The notes under the pieces: generated by a model | Seen by the model: the letters and a program-made list of their open reading frames with translations, nothing else | What the model was told of the DNA's origin: nothing | Database searches by the model: none | Position numbers and translations under genes: made by a program | Part shown: piece by piece, positions 17,472 through 25,909 of the stretch | Layout: each line of letters opens with the position of its first letter | Numbering within the stretch: the first letter of the stretch is position 1 | DNA from: Candidatus Scalindua sp. | GTDB lineage: Bacteria > Planctomycetota > Brocadiia > Brocadiales > Scalinduaceae | Direction: 5' to 3' | DNA length: 32,000 nt | Assembly: GCA_031316235.1 (NCBI GenBank) | Contig: JALDRA010000001.1 | Location: 2,940,001-2,972,000, forward strand

Positions 17472-18296
17472 ATGGAAGACAAGATAATAATATTCACTGA
17501 TTTAGATGGTACTTTGATTGACCATCATACCTATTCTCATCATGATGCAGAAGAGGCACTGGCAGAGGTAAAAAAGCAGAAGGCCTCTCTTGTCTTATGT
17601 TCAAGTAAAACCAAAGAAGAAATAGAGGTCTATAGAAAAAGGCTTTCAAACAGCGAACCCTTCGTTGTCGAAAATGGAGGGGCTATCTTCATTCCGAAAG
17701 AGTATAAGCTTTTAACGGATAGATTTGATCATGAAGATAATGACTATTTCATAATAAAAATAGGCACTGAATATCAAAAACTGGTAGATGTCTTTGAGAA
17801 GATAAGAAGAAAAACCGGAGTTGATACAAAGGGCATTAACGAGTTCACCTTAGAGGAGTTTATTCAGATAACTAAGTTGCATAAGGAAGAAGCAGTGCTT
17901 GCCATGAAACGAGAATACACGCTGCCTTTTGTTGTACATGGTGGAGTGGAAGAGGTAAAAGCCATAAAAGACGAAATAGCATTATCTGGTCTCAATTTTA
18001 CTGAGGGTGCCAAGTTTATGTACCTTATGGGTTCGAACGATAAGGGTAAGGCGGTACGGATTTTGGTAGACATCTTTAAAAGAAACTATCGAGAGGGAAA
18101 AATAACTACCGTAGGTATTGGTGATAGTTTAAACGATCTTCCAATGTTGGAGGCGGTAGAAAAACCATTTCTGGTAAAAAAAATATCAAACGATTACGAT
18201 GGGCGCATAAGGGTTAAAAACCTCGTGCTTGCTGACGGGATTGGTCCTGTTGGTTGGAATAAGGCAGTCTTGCGGCTGTTTAAAAAAAAAGGTTGA
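17472..18296 (+). CDS. HAD-IIB phosphatase, mannosyl/glucosyl-3-phosphoglycerate phosphatase family (YedP-like)
   Basis: IIFTDLDGTLIDHHTYS, LCSSKTKEEI, VVENGGAIF and GIGDSLNDLPML parallel E. coli YedP as recalled. Confidence 0.8.
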   Translation: MEDKIIIFTDLDGTLIDHHTYSHHDAEEALAEVKKQKASLVLCSSKTKEEIEVYRKRLSNSEPFVVENGGAIFIPKEYKLLTDRFDHEDNDYFIIKIGTEYQKLVDVFEKIRRKTGVDTKGINEFTLEEFIQITKLHKEEAVLAMKREYTLPFVVHGGVEEVKAIKDEIALSGLNFTEGAKFMYLMGSNDKGKAVRILVDIFKRNYREGKITTVGIGDSLNDLPMLEAVEKPFLVKKISNDYDGRIRVKNLVLADGIGPVGWNKAVLRLFKKKG

Positions 18297-18323
18297 TTTA
18301 ATGGGAATCAGGGAGGAAGTGAA

Positions 18324-18691
18324 ATGGGAGATTTTCACCAGTCAGGCGAAGTTACAACTCTGCACAGATTTGGAAACTCAGGCCTTAATAAGCTGAGTTC
18401 CGCAGTAAAAAAACTCTCACGCTTAAGGCCGGTAGCCCCTGTATACTCATCTCATACTGGTTTTCGGATAAAATCCGAGATAAAATTGAGCGAGTAAAGT
18501 CCTCGGCGCCTGGTCAGGGGATACCTTCACCAGGATTTGGTATACTCCCAACGATCTTTTCTGGATTGGAAAGTTCCGCGTTACCGAAAATCCTGGATGA
18601 ATTAAAGGAGGTTAAATACCTCAATCAAATGATAGTTACCCTGGGTGGATTTAATAAAGAGCAATTTAAGTATGCAAAGAAATTTGCATAA
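18324..18691 (+). pseudogene. gpgS: Relic of glucosyl-3-phosphoglycerate synthase (N-terminal ~90 codons only), split by a MITE
   Basis: A GGGAGG SD and ATG are followed by MGDFHQSGEVTTLHRFG...SRLRPVAP. Then comes MITE copy D. The sequence resumes in a different frame as LPTIFSGLESSALPKILDELKEVKYLNQMIVTLGGFNKEQFKYAKKFA, then TAA. Both pieces match the GpgS N-terminus as recalled; the remaining roughly 300 codons are absent. Confidence 0.55.
18442..18545 (-). mobile_element. MITE-like repeat, copy D (104 bp, long-variant core, inner hairpin end deleted)
   Basis: TATACTCATCTCATACTGGTTTTCGGATAAAATCCGAGATAAAATTGAGCGAGTAAAGTCCTCGGCG...CCAGGATTTGGTATAC. It lies inside the gpgS relic. Confidence 0.8.
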
Positions 18692-18696
18692 ATTTT

Positions 18697-20034
18697 ATGA
18701 AAATGGATATCCTTACGCTGAGAAAACATGCAGAAGAAATTTTCAGGCATGTATTATGTACCCTGGATCCTGAGCAGTTGGTGAAGAAAAGGCTGTTTAT
18801 GCATGATTCTACACTTTCGGTAGGGCAGAAGGAATACAACCTCGATGAGTATGAACATATCTATGTCATAGGAGGGGGGAAAGCGTGTGCACCAATGGCG
18901 AAAGCAATAGAAGATATTCTGGGAGACAGGCTCGATGGTGGAATCGTTATTGTGAAATATGGCCATGGTTTACTGCTCAGGAAGATCAAAATTGTTGAGG
19001 CTTCACATCCCCTTCCGGATATGAATGGGATGGAGGGAACCACTGAGATACTCAAACTGCTATCAAGAACCGGGGAGAAAGACCTGATACTCTGTCTTAT
19101 TTCCGGTGGAGGTTCAGCCCTGCTTGTTCAGCCACATGCTGAAACAACTCTGGAAGACATACAAACCACGTCAAATGAACTGCTTGCCTGTGGAGCTAAG
19201 ATTGACGAAATTAATGCGGTGAGAAAACATGTATCAATGATCAAGGGGGGGCAACTGGCAAAAGCTGTATTTCCTTCGAGGCTTGTTACATTGATGCTGT
19301 CAGATGTTGTGGGAGATCCAATGGATATTATTGCATCAGGTCCTACTGTGCCTGATGAAAGTACTTTTGAAGATGCTTACAGGGTAATTCAAAAATATGC
19401 ATTAGAAAACAAGATACCGGATAGCGTCAGTGATCTCTTAAGGAGAGGAAGAATTGGACAAGTACCGGAAAATCCAAAACGGGGAGATGTGGTATTTGAC
19501 AATACGCAAAATGAGATTATCGGATCTAACAAAATAGCCTTAGAAGCTGCGAAAGATAAAGCCGCTGATTTGGGATATAATACCATAATTCTCTCCTCTC
19601 TGGTACAGGGAGAAAGTAGAGAGGTAGCAAAATTTTTTGCTGCCATTGCTAAGGAAGTTGGCCGAACTCAGTCACCGATAGGAAAACCTGCATGCATCAT
19701 TGCTGGCGGTGAAACAACGGTAACGATACGGGGAGATGGTAAAGGGGGGAGAAATCAGGAGTATGCTCTTTCCGCTGCCCTCGAGATTGAAGGTGAACAG
19801 GATATTGTGATTCTCAGTGGAGGGACCGATGGAACAGACGGCCCAACGGACGCTGCGGGTGCGATCGTTGATGTTTATACGTGTTGTGATGCGAGATCCA
19901 AATTCAACTTGAGCCCGGAAGACTATCTGCAGAGGAACGACTCATACAATTTTTTTCATCAGCTTGGGCAACTCCTCATTACGGGTCCCACTCTTACAAA
20001 TGTGATGGATCTTACGATCTCCCTGATAATATGA
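18697..20034 (+). CDS. Glycerate 2-kinase / hydroxypyruvate reductase-like (MOFRL family)
   Basis: Motifs: VIGGGKA, LISGGGSALL, IAGGETTV, GKGGRNQE, SGGTDGTDGPTDAAGA. Confidence 0.85.
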   Translation: MKMDILTLRKHAEEIFRHVLCTLDPEQLVKKRLFMHDSTLSVGQKEYNLDEYEHIYVIGGGKACAPMAKAIEDILGDRLDGGIVIVKYGHGLLLRKIKIVEASHPLPDMNGMEGTTEILKLLSRTGEKDLILCLISGGGSALLVQPHAETTLEDIQTTSNELLACGAKIDEINAVRKHVSMIKGGQLAKAVFPSRLVTLMLSDVVGDPMDIIASGPTVPDESTFEDAYRVIQKYALENKIPDSVSDLLRRGRIGQVPENPKRGDVVFDNTQNEIIGSNKIALEAAKDKAADLGYNTIILSSLVQGESREVAKFFAAIAKEVGRTQSPIGKPACIIAGGETTVTIRGDGKGGRNQEYALSAALEIEGEQDIVILSGGTDGTDGPTDAAGAIVDVYTCCDARSKFNLSPEDYLQRNDSYNFFHQLGQLLITGPTLTNVMDLTISLII

Positions 20035-20372
20035 ATTTCTTGATGCTATTATTCACTGCAATGCCGCATCCGTCCGAACGGTGCGGACGGACGGGAAGAG
20101 CACAAAAGAAGATTGAGGATGATGAAAATAGCGGCTGGTTGCCAAAAAAAAATCATGTGCTGCGATTGAGGTGTAATATCTTAAGTGGTATTACGTAAGA
20201 TGAGAGGTGACGTGTATCTTTATGAGAAAAGATACCGTGTGTGTGGAGATATAAATCTTTTCCTTCAGTTTATACGTTAAAATGTGGTATTAACTTGATA
20301 GAGTGAAGGATTTTTGAAATTTTGCGTTCTTTGCGGTGAACTGTTGCTTTTTGATAGAGTTTTGAGTTTTAG

Positions 20373-20422
20373 CCCACAGGGTTCAGAAAAAACAGTAAGT
20401 TATTTTTTCTGAACCCTGTGGG
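20373..20422. repeat. Perfect 20-bp inverted repeat with 10-nt loop
   Basis: CCCACAGGGTTCAGAAAAAA (20373-20392), then cagtaagtta, then TTTTTTCTGAACCCTGTGGG (20403-20422). It abuts the 5' edge of the GH15 relic. Confidence 0.6.
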
Positions 20423-20840
20423 ATTTAAGAAATTCAGAGATGCGGGAGAGCGGATAACACAAGAAAAATCTGCCAGGCAAACATACCATAATGACCTTGA
20501 GGCACAACTTGAAGCGCATTTCAAGATTATCAATGCCTGTTCAATAGAAACGGAAGACAAAGATAGAGTATTGTTAGCAGCCAGGCCTGAATCAAGATAT
20601 CCCTATTTTTATCCCCGCGATGCAGCGTGTGCATCAGAACTCCTTGCCCGTCTTTCTACTTCCTAATACGCATTTGCAGATGAAGCATTTAAACTCCTCA
20701 CCTCAGTTACAAAATTTGTTTTGAAGGCTATAAGGGGTGATGGGTTTGTTGGACAAAGATATGCACTTTCCGGCGAAGAAAAAAGTATTTACAAACAGGA
20801 AGACAATAATGCACATGGTATGATTATCCTTTCTCATTAG
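20418..20840 (+). pseudogene. Relic of a GH15-family glycoside hydrolase (internal fragment with in-frame TAA)
   Basis: VLLAARPESRYPYFYPRDAACASELLARL, then TAA (20664-20666). The same frame continues as FADEAFKLL...GDGFVGQRYALSGEEKSIYKQEDNNAHG, then TAG at 20838-20840. This is about 140 codons of an enzyme that is normally several hundred residues long. There is no credible start, since the GTG at 20418 lies inside the hairpin. Confidence 0.5.
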
Positions 20841-20866
20841 CACCTCTCATATGGTCGCACGTAGAA

Positions 20867-20978
20867 TATACTAAAACCGATTTGGTTTTCGGTTTTTCTG
20901 AAAACCAAATCTTGGTGAAGGTATACTCACTCCGTTTTTTCTCGGATTTTATCCGAAAACCATTATGAAATGAGTATA
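20867..20978 (+). mobile_element. MITE-like repeat, copy E (112 bp, short variant)
   Basis: TATACTAAAACCGATTTGGTTTTCGG...CCGAAAACCATTATGAAATGAGTATA. It starts 26 nt after the end of the GH15 relic. Confidence 0.85.
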
Positions 20979-21039
20979 TATGAAGGCTTTACCCTATAAA
21001 CATGGTCTTTATTTAAATGGGAATACAGAGAAGGGTTCA

Positions 21040-21079
21040 AACTGTTTTGTATAAGAATGCTTTCTTATACAAAACAGTT
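21040..21079. repeat. Perfect 18-bp inverted repeat with 4-nt loop
   Basis: AACTGTTTTGTATAAGAA (21040-21057), then tgct, then TTCTTATACAAAACAGTT (21062-21079). It lies about 87 nt downstream of the minus-strand polyprenyl synthase stop. No flanking U-tract is present on either strand. Confidence 0.55.
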
Positions 21080-21165
21080 AAATGCAGGTTAGAAGAGAAG
21101 TTTTTATGAATACATTTCAGTACGGAAATGCTGATTTCTGAAGGGTATAAAAAAGAGAGACGGTC

Positions 21166-22137
21166 TTATCTTTTTCTTTGTATTACGTAATCGCCTAATT
21201 CAAGAAGTGATGTCTTGAAAACTGATTCTGGTATGAAGGATATGTCATCCTGGGCTTTTTTGACCAATTGCCTCGCACTTTCGTAAGCATATTCCATAGC
21301 TTCATGCTCTTGTAATAAGTCAACAATAGCGGCCTTTGTAGTATTCCCATTGTTTTGGAAGATCAGTTCACAAACACTTTCTTTACGGTTTGCAGGCAAT
21401 ACATTTACCAGCCTGATTAAGGGAAGTGTTAATTTTCCCGTTTGGAGGTCAGTGTTTAATGTTTTCCCCACCTCTTCTTCCTTTCCCGTGACATCTAAAC
21501 AGTCGTCTATTATTTGAAATGCTACTCCTAATTTTAAACCGTAGTTTGCGAGTGCCTCCGAGAGTTTTTTGTTTGCACCAGAGAAAATTGCCCCCAATTT
21601 GCAACTTGCAGCGCATAAGGCTGCGGTCTTTCGTTCTATGATGTTTAAGTATTCCGATTCTGTTACATCGGGATTGTGACGTTTTAGAAGTTGAACAATT
21701 TCCCCCTCGCACAAGATATTTATGGTTTGGGATACGATTAAAGTTGCGATTTGGGAATCCAGGGACGAGAGGATCGTGTAGGCTCTTGAAAAAAGATAGT
21801 CGCCAAAGAGGATAGAAATCTCTCTGCCCCATTTTGCGTTAATAGTTTCCACGTGCCTTCTGACGACAGCTTCATCGATAATATCGTCATGGACCAGCGT
21901 TGCAGTATGGATGAGCTCTACAACTATTCCCAGGTCAATGTGTTGTCGCACGAACGTACCCGAACACTTGCCTGCAAGCAGTAACAATGCAGGGCGAAAC
22001 CTCTTCCCCTTAATCTTGCTGATATGAAGAACCAGATCCGCAAGATGTTTGTCCTGAGATGAGATGTCCTTATAAAGACGCTCCTCAGTCTCACGCATCT
22101 CTTCCTGTATAGGTGCTAAAATTGCATCAAGTCCCAT
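21166..22137 (-). CDS. ispB: Long-chain trans-polyprenyl diphosphate synthase (octaprenyl/heptaprenyl type)
   Basis: First aspartate-rich motif LVHDDIIDE, second IIDDCLD, plus GKRFRP. ATG at 22137 is 9 nt after AAGGAG; the track start at 22212 adds an implausible Cys-rich leader. Chain length is not determinable by eye. Confidence 0.85.
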   Translation of the reverse strand: MGLDAILAPIQEEMRETEERLYKDISSQDKHLADLVLHISKIKGKRFRPALLLLAGKCSGTFVRQHIDLGIVVELIHTATLVHDDIIDEAVVRRHVETINAKWGREISILFGDYLFSRAYTILSSLDSQIATLIVSQTINILCEGEIVQLLKRHNPDVTESEYLNIIERKTAALCAASCKLGAIFSGANKKLSEALANYGLKLGVAFQIIDDCLDVTGKEEEVGKTLNTDLQTGKLTLPLIRLVNVLPANRKESVCELIFQNNGNTTKAAIVDLLQEHEAMEYAYESARQLVKKAQDDISFIPESVFKTSLLELGDYVIQRKR

Positions 22138-22259
22138 AAAACAACAACTCCTTAGAAGATGATATATCTTTTGAAATGCATCATATGCGCAACATAGTAA
22201 CAAGAACCTCAAAAAATGTCAATTACGTTTTGTCTACTGAGGATCAATTTTAGATTTTC

Positions 22260-22967
<708 letters not shown>

Positions 22968-23042
22968 TTATATCTTGGAAATGCTTCAAATTACTGTTTT
23001 AAACGTAGTATCTCTAGATCCCGTTGTCCAATACATAGTATG

Positions 23043-23159
23043 TATACTAAAACCGATTTGGTTTTCGGTTTTAGTTATCCCCGGATAAAAAACGCCGAGG
23101 ACTTTACTCGCTCAAATTTATCTCGGATTTTGTCCGAAATCCAGTATGAGATGAGTATA
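23043..23159 (+). mobile_element. MITE-like repeat, copy F (117 bp, long-variant core, second hairpin arm deleted)
   Basis: TATACTAAAACCGATTTGGTTTTCGGTTTTAGTTATCCCCGGATAAAAAACGCCGAGGACTTTACTCGCTC...CAGTATGAGATGAGTATA. It lies upstream of bioD. Confidence 0.85.
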
Positions 23160-23265
23160 TTCAAGGTGTAAGCAGCATGCTGGCTGTGCCCTGGTTTGTG
23201 TTCAAGCCAGAAAGGAGTAGCCGGGCAGAATCCAAAAATGGTGTTAAGCAACCATATTTTGCACA

Positions 23266-23307
23266 AGTTCCACCTGCCTGTGTGCTGGCGCACAGACGGG
23301 TGGAACT
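23266..23307. terminator. Imperfect 17-18 bp hairpin, terminator-like
   Basis: AGTTCCACCTGCCTGTGTGC..GCACAGACGGGTGGAACT, followed on the + strand by CTTTATTCT. It lies 36 nt beyond the minus-strand DUF62 gene stop. The U-rich tail is better on the + strand than on the - strand. Confidence 0.35.
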
Positions 23308-23342
23308 CTTTATTCTATACTATTTGGATTGGTTCAATTTGT

Positions 23343-24158
23343 TTAGAGAAGATTGTCCTGTACACCTAATATCAGCTTGTCTCCCTTCTGTAGGGCTAAA
23401 ATATTTTCAGCATTTCCCTGATTTACAGATATCTCAAGGAATCCAGTACTTCCAATAATGGCTAATACTTCCTTCTCTTTTACGTCGGTATACGAAGTGC
23501 TAATTTTGTCTATTCTTTTTTCCCCAGCAATAATTGAGAGTTTCTGAGATTTTACTTGCATCCGGTTAATGATTTTGCTGGTAATGTTTGTAATAAGATT
23601 TCCAAAATGGTCCACATAAATGACTTCACCTGTCAAGGTACCACCAGGTGAACGGATCGGTTTTGGTAAATCAATTTTCCTTATCTTATCTATCTTTTCT
23701 CCTAACTTTTGATGATTAGTCCCTTTTGAAAGGTATGCGGCAACAGGTGCAAATATGTCACGACCATGGAAGGTGTTACTAGGTTCAGTTAAAAAAAACT
23801 CTTTATTTGTTACACTAGTAAAAGAGAAAGATTTTGTATCTGTCGTTACAAATGATAGAGCACCATTATCTGGAGCGAGAAAAAGGTAATCGTCTGTTTT
23901 CAGGCATAAGATCTTCCTTTCACTTCCCACTCCGGGATCAACGACAACGATATGAATTGTACCCTTCGGGAAGTATTTATAAGAACTGTTGAGGATATAA
24001 GCTGCTTGAAAGATATTTTGATTTTCTATCATGTTGCTGATATCAATTATGTTTGCTGATGGATTGATTCCGGTAATTATTCCCTTCATTACTCCAACAT
24101 ATCCATCTTGTAAACCAAAATCTGTAATAAGTGTTATTGTGGGTTGTAACTTTGACAT
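23343..24158 (-). CDS. S-adenosyl-L-methionine hydroxide adenosyltransferase (DUF62 SAM hydrolase family)
   Basis: ITLITDFGLQDGYVGVMKG, VVVDPGVGSERK, APDNG, FHGRDIFAP, VIYVDHFGNLITNI and LEISVNQGNA parallel archaeal DUF62 proteins as recalled. ATG at 24158 is preferred over TTG at 24215. Confidence 0.8.
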   Translation of the reverse strand: MSKLQPTITLITDFGLQDGYVGVMKGIITGINPSANIIDISNMIENQNIFQAAYILNSSYKYFPKGTIHIVVVDPGVGSERKILCLKTDDYLFLAPDNGALSFVTTDTKSFSFTSVTNKEFFLTEPSNTFHGRDIFAPVAAYLSKGTNHQKLGEKIDKIRKIDLPKPIRSPGGTLTGEVIYVDHFGNLITNITSKIINRMQVKSQKLSIIAGEKRIDKISTSYTDVKEKEVLAIIGSTGFLEISVNQGNAENILALQKGDKLILGVQDNLL

Positions 24159-24198
24159 ATGGATATGATTAGATTTATCAGCACCTAAATTAAAAAGG

Positions 24199-25323
24199 CT
24201 AGTTGAGATTCCCAATTATCGGAATTCTGAAACCACACTGTGGGCACATCAGGTTCTCTAAAAAAGAAGTTATCACTGAAAATCCTGCTCTTTCAATCAG
24301 CATCTTGCCACATTCATGGCAGTAGGTATTTTCCCACTTGTGGCCGGGGACATTTCCTGTATAAACATATTTAAGTCCTTCTTCCACTCCTATTTTTCTT
24401 GCCAGCTCAAGTGTTGATATAGGGGTTTGTGCTACCTGAGATAAACCAAGATATGGATAAAACTTACTCAAGTGCCATGGCGTCTCATCGCCTAGATGTC
24501 GAACTATCCAACGGGCGATTTCATGTAATTCTTCAGCATCATCATTGTACCCGGGCACAATGTTGGTAATAATCTCTACATGCATGTTCCATTTTGTTTT
24601 TGCTCTGATAGTAGCATCTAATATAGGTTTGACACTCTTGACATTTGCAACATCTTTATAAAAGCAATATCTTGCGTCCTGGAGTCTTGGACTTGTTTGC
24701 ATTTCGGTTTCTGACACATGGTGTGCTTTGCAGCCGTCGAATCCCTTTATATCAACTCGGTAGGCATCTAAAAAAGGTCCTATCGCATCCAAAGCATCTA
24801 GCTCTATATACCCATTTGTTACAAAAACCGTATAGAGGTCTTTGCTTTTTGCGAGTTTTGCGCTATCAATTGCATATTCAATCCAAATCGTAGGTTCATT
24901 GTATGTCCAAGAAATACCCTGGCAACGGTTTTCTAATGTCAGCTCTATTAATCTTTCCGGGGAGATGTATGTAGTGGATCGAGTACTGTTTTTTGCTGTA
25001 GAGTGAGCTATCTGCCAGTTTTGACAGTGACGGCAGCGCATATTACATCCCAGAGATCCTACAGAAAATGTGGAGCTACCCGGGTAAAAATGATATAGTG
25101 GTTTTTTTTCTATCGGATCTGCACCGGCTGACGAGATCTCTCCGTAAATAAGAGAATAAAGTTTTCCGTCGATATTTTGCCTAACTCCGCAGTAACCGAA
25201 CTCGTTATGAGAAATTACACATTTATGCGGACATAGGTCGCAAGAGACCTTTTTGCCACTTACAGAACGATAAAATAAGGCGTTATGTTTCATTTCTGTT
25301 TGTTTTGCAATTTCAGTTGTCAA
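24199..25323 (-). CDS. AmmeMemoRadiSam-system-type radical SAM enzyme
   Basis: CDLCPHKCVISHNEFGYCGVRQN, DPIEKKPLYHF, the CxxxCxxC cluster GCNMRCRHCQNW, and the C-terminal YCHECGKMLIER...CPQCG. The start is TTG at 25323 or, more typical in length, ATG at 25293. Confidence 0.8.
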   Translation of the reverse strand: MTTEIAKQTEMKHNALFYRSVSGKKVSCDLCPHKCVISHNEFGYCGVRQNIDGKLYSLIYGEISSAGADPIEKKPLYHFYPGSSTFSVGSLGCNMRCRHCQNWQIAHSTAKNSTRSTTYISPERLIELTLENRCQGISWTYNEPTIWIEYAIDSAKLAKSKDLYTVFVTNGYIELDALDAIGPFLDAYRVDIKGFDGCKAHHVSETEMQTSPRLQDARYCFYKDVANVKSVKPILDATIRAKTKWNMHVEIITNIVPGYNDDAEELHEIARWIVRHLGDETPWHLSKFYPYLGLSQVAQTPISTLELARKIGVEEGLKYVYTGNVPGHKWENTYCHECGKMLIERAGFSVITSFLENLMCPQCGFRIPIIGNLN

Positions 25324-25500
25324 CGGTACCTATCTGAAAAGACCTATTATGGAAAGAAATTCGAATTAGTTCATGTTGACTCGGAACTCTTGATTATAAA
25401 ACATAAAACATTTTACATCAACCCAAAAAGTGTAGTAGTAAGATTCCTTTATCAGAATTTCAGATGGAAACGCATGTGCCGAAGCATCACTTTTTCTTTT

Positions 25501-25642
25501 TATATACCCATCTCATACTGGATTTCGGATAAAATCCGAGATAAAATTGAGCGAGTACAAGTCCTCGGCGTTTTTTGTCCGGGGATACCTTCGCCAAGAT
25601 TTGGTTTCCGGTAAAACCGAAAACCAAATCGGTTTTAGTATA
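25501..25642 (-). mobile_element. MITE-like repeat, copy G (142 bp, the only copy containing all modules)
   Basis: TATACCCATCTCATACTGGATTTCGGATAAAATCCGAGATAAAATTGAGCGAGTACAAGTCCTCGGCGTTTTTTGTCCGGGGATACCTTCGCCAAGATTTGGTTTCCGGTAAAACCGAAAACCAAATCGGTTTTAGTATA. Confidence 0.85.
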
Positions 25643-25838
25643 TCATGCAGAGATGCTACTATAAACAGCCTCTATTTGCTATAAGAATCAGAGAACTTGT
25701 TGGTCCGTTACCTCAGAAAGAGAGAGGGTAATCACACGGCAGGTCAATTGGTTGAATGCGGAACATCTCAAGCATTAAATTGCGGTAAAGTCTGAAGTAT
25801 TGAATAACCGGAGGGCTTTGTTTGTAAAATCAATTTAA

Positions 25839-25867
25839 TTGACATGCTGCTGAAAATAGATTAGTTT
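25839..25867 (+). promoter_or_regulatory. Candidate sigma70 promoter for tatA
   Basis: TTGACA (25839-25844), 17-nt spacer, TAGTTT (25862-25867). It lies about 45 nt upstream of the tatA ATG. Confidence 0.3.
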
Positions 25868-25909
25868 CGCTAGGGATATTTATGTTGAATCAGATTAACA
25901 GGGAGGTAA

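Noticed and set aside
20664-20666. In-frame TAA in the GH15 fragment, considered as possible recoding or readthrough
   Set aside because: The fragment lacks a start, lacks most of the enzyme at both ends, and is flanked by repeats. A decaying pseudogene is the simpler explanation.
23195-23235. Resemblance of GTTCAAGCCAGAAAGGAGTAGCCGGGCAG to the SRP (4.5S) RNA domain IV core GGTCAGGTCCGGAAGGAAGCAGCCAAGGCAG
   Set aside because: Several near-invariant positions differ (AGG becomes AAG, AGCA becomes AGTA, and there is no clean GNRA tetraloop closed by a stem). The flanks do not fold into the long hairpin expected for ffs. The evidence is insufficient without a covariance search.
23075-25614. Two ORFs (23075-23293 minus, 25285-25614 plus) sharing the peptide ISYWISDKIRDK(F/I)ERV, which looks like a small paralogous gene family
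   Set aside because: The shared peptide is the translation of MITE copies F and G. The similarity stops at the element borders, so these are repeat artefacts rather than genes.
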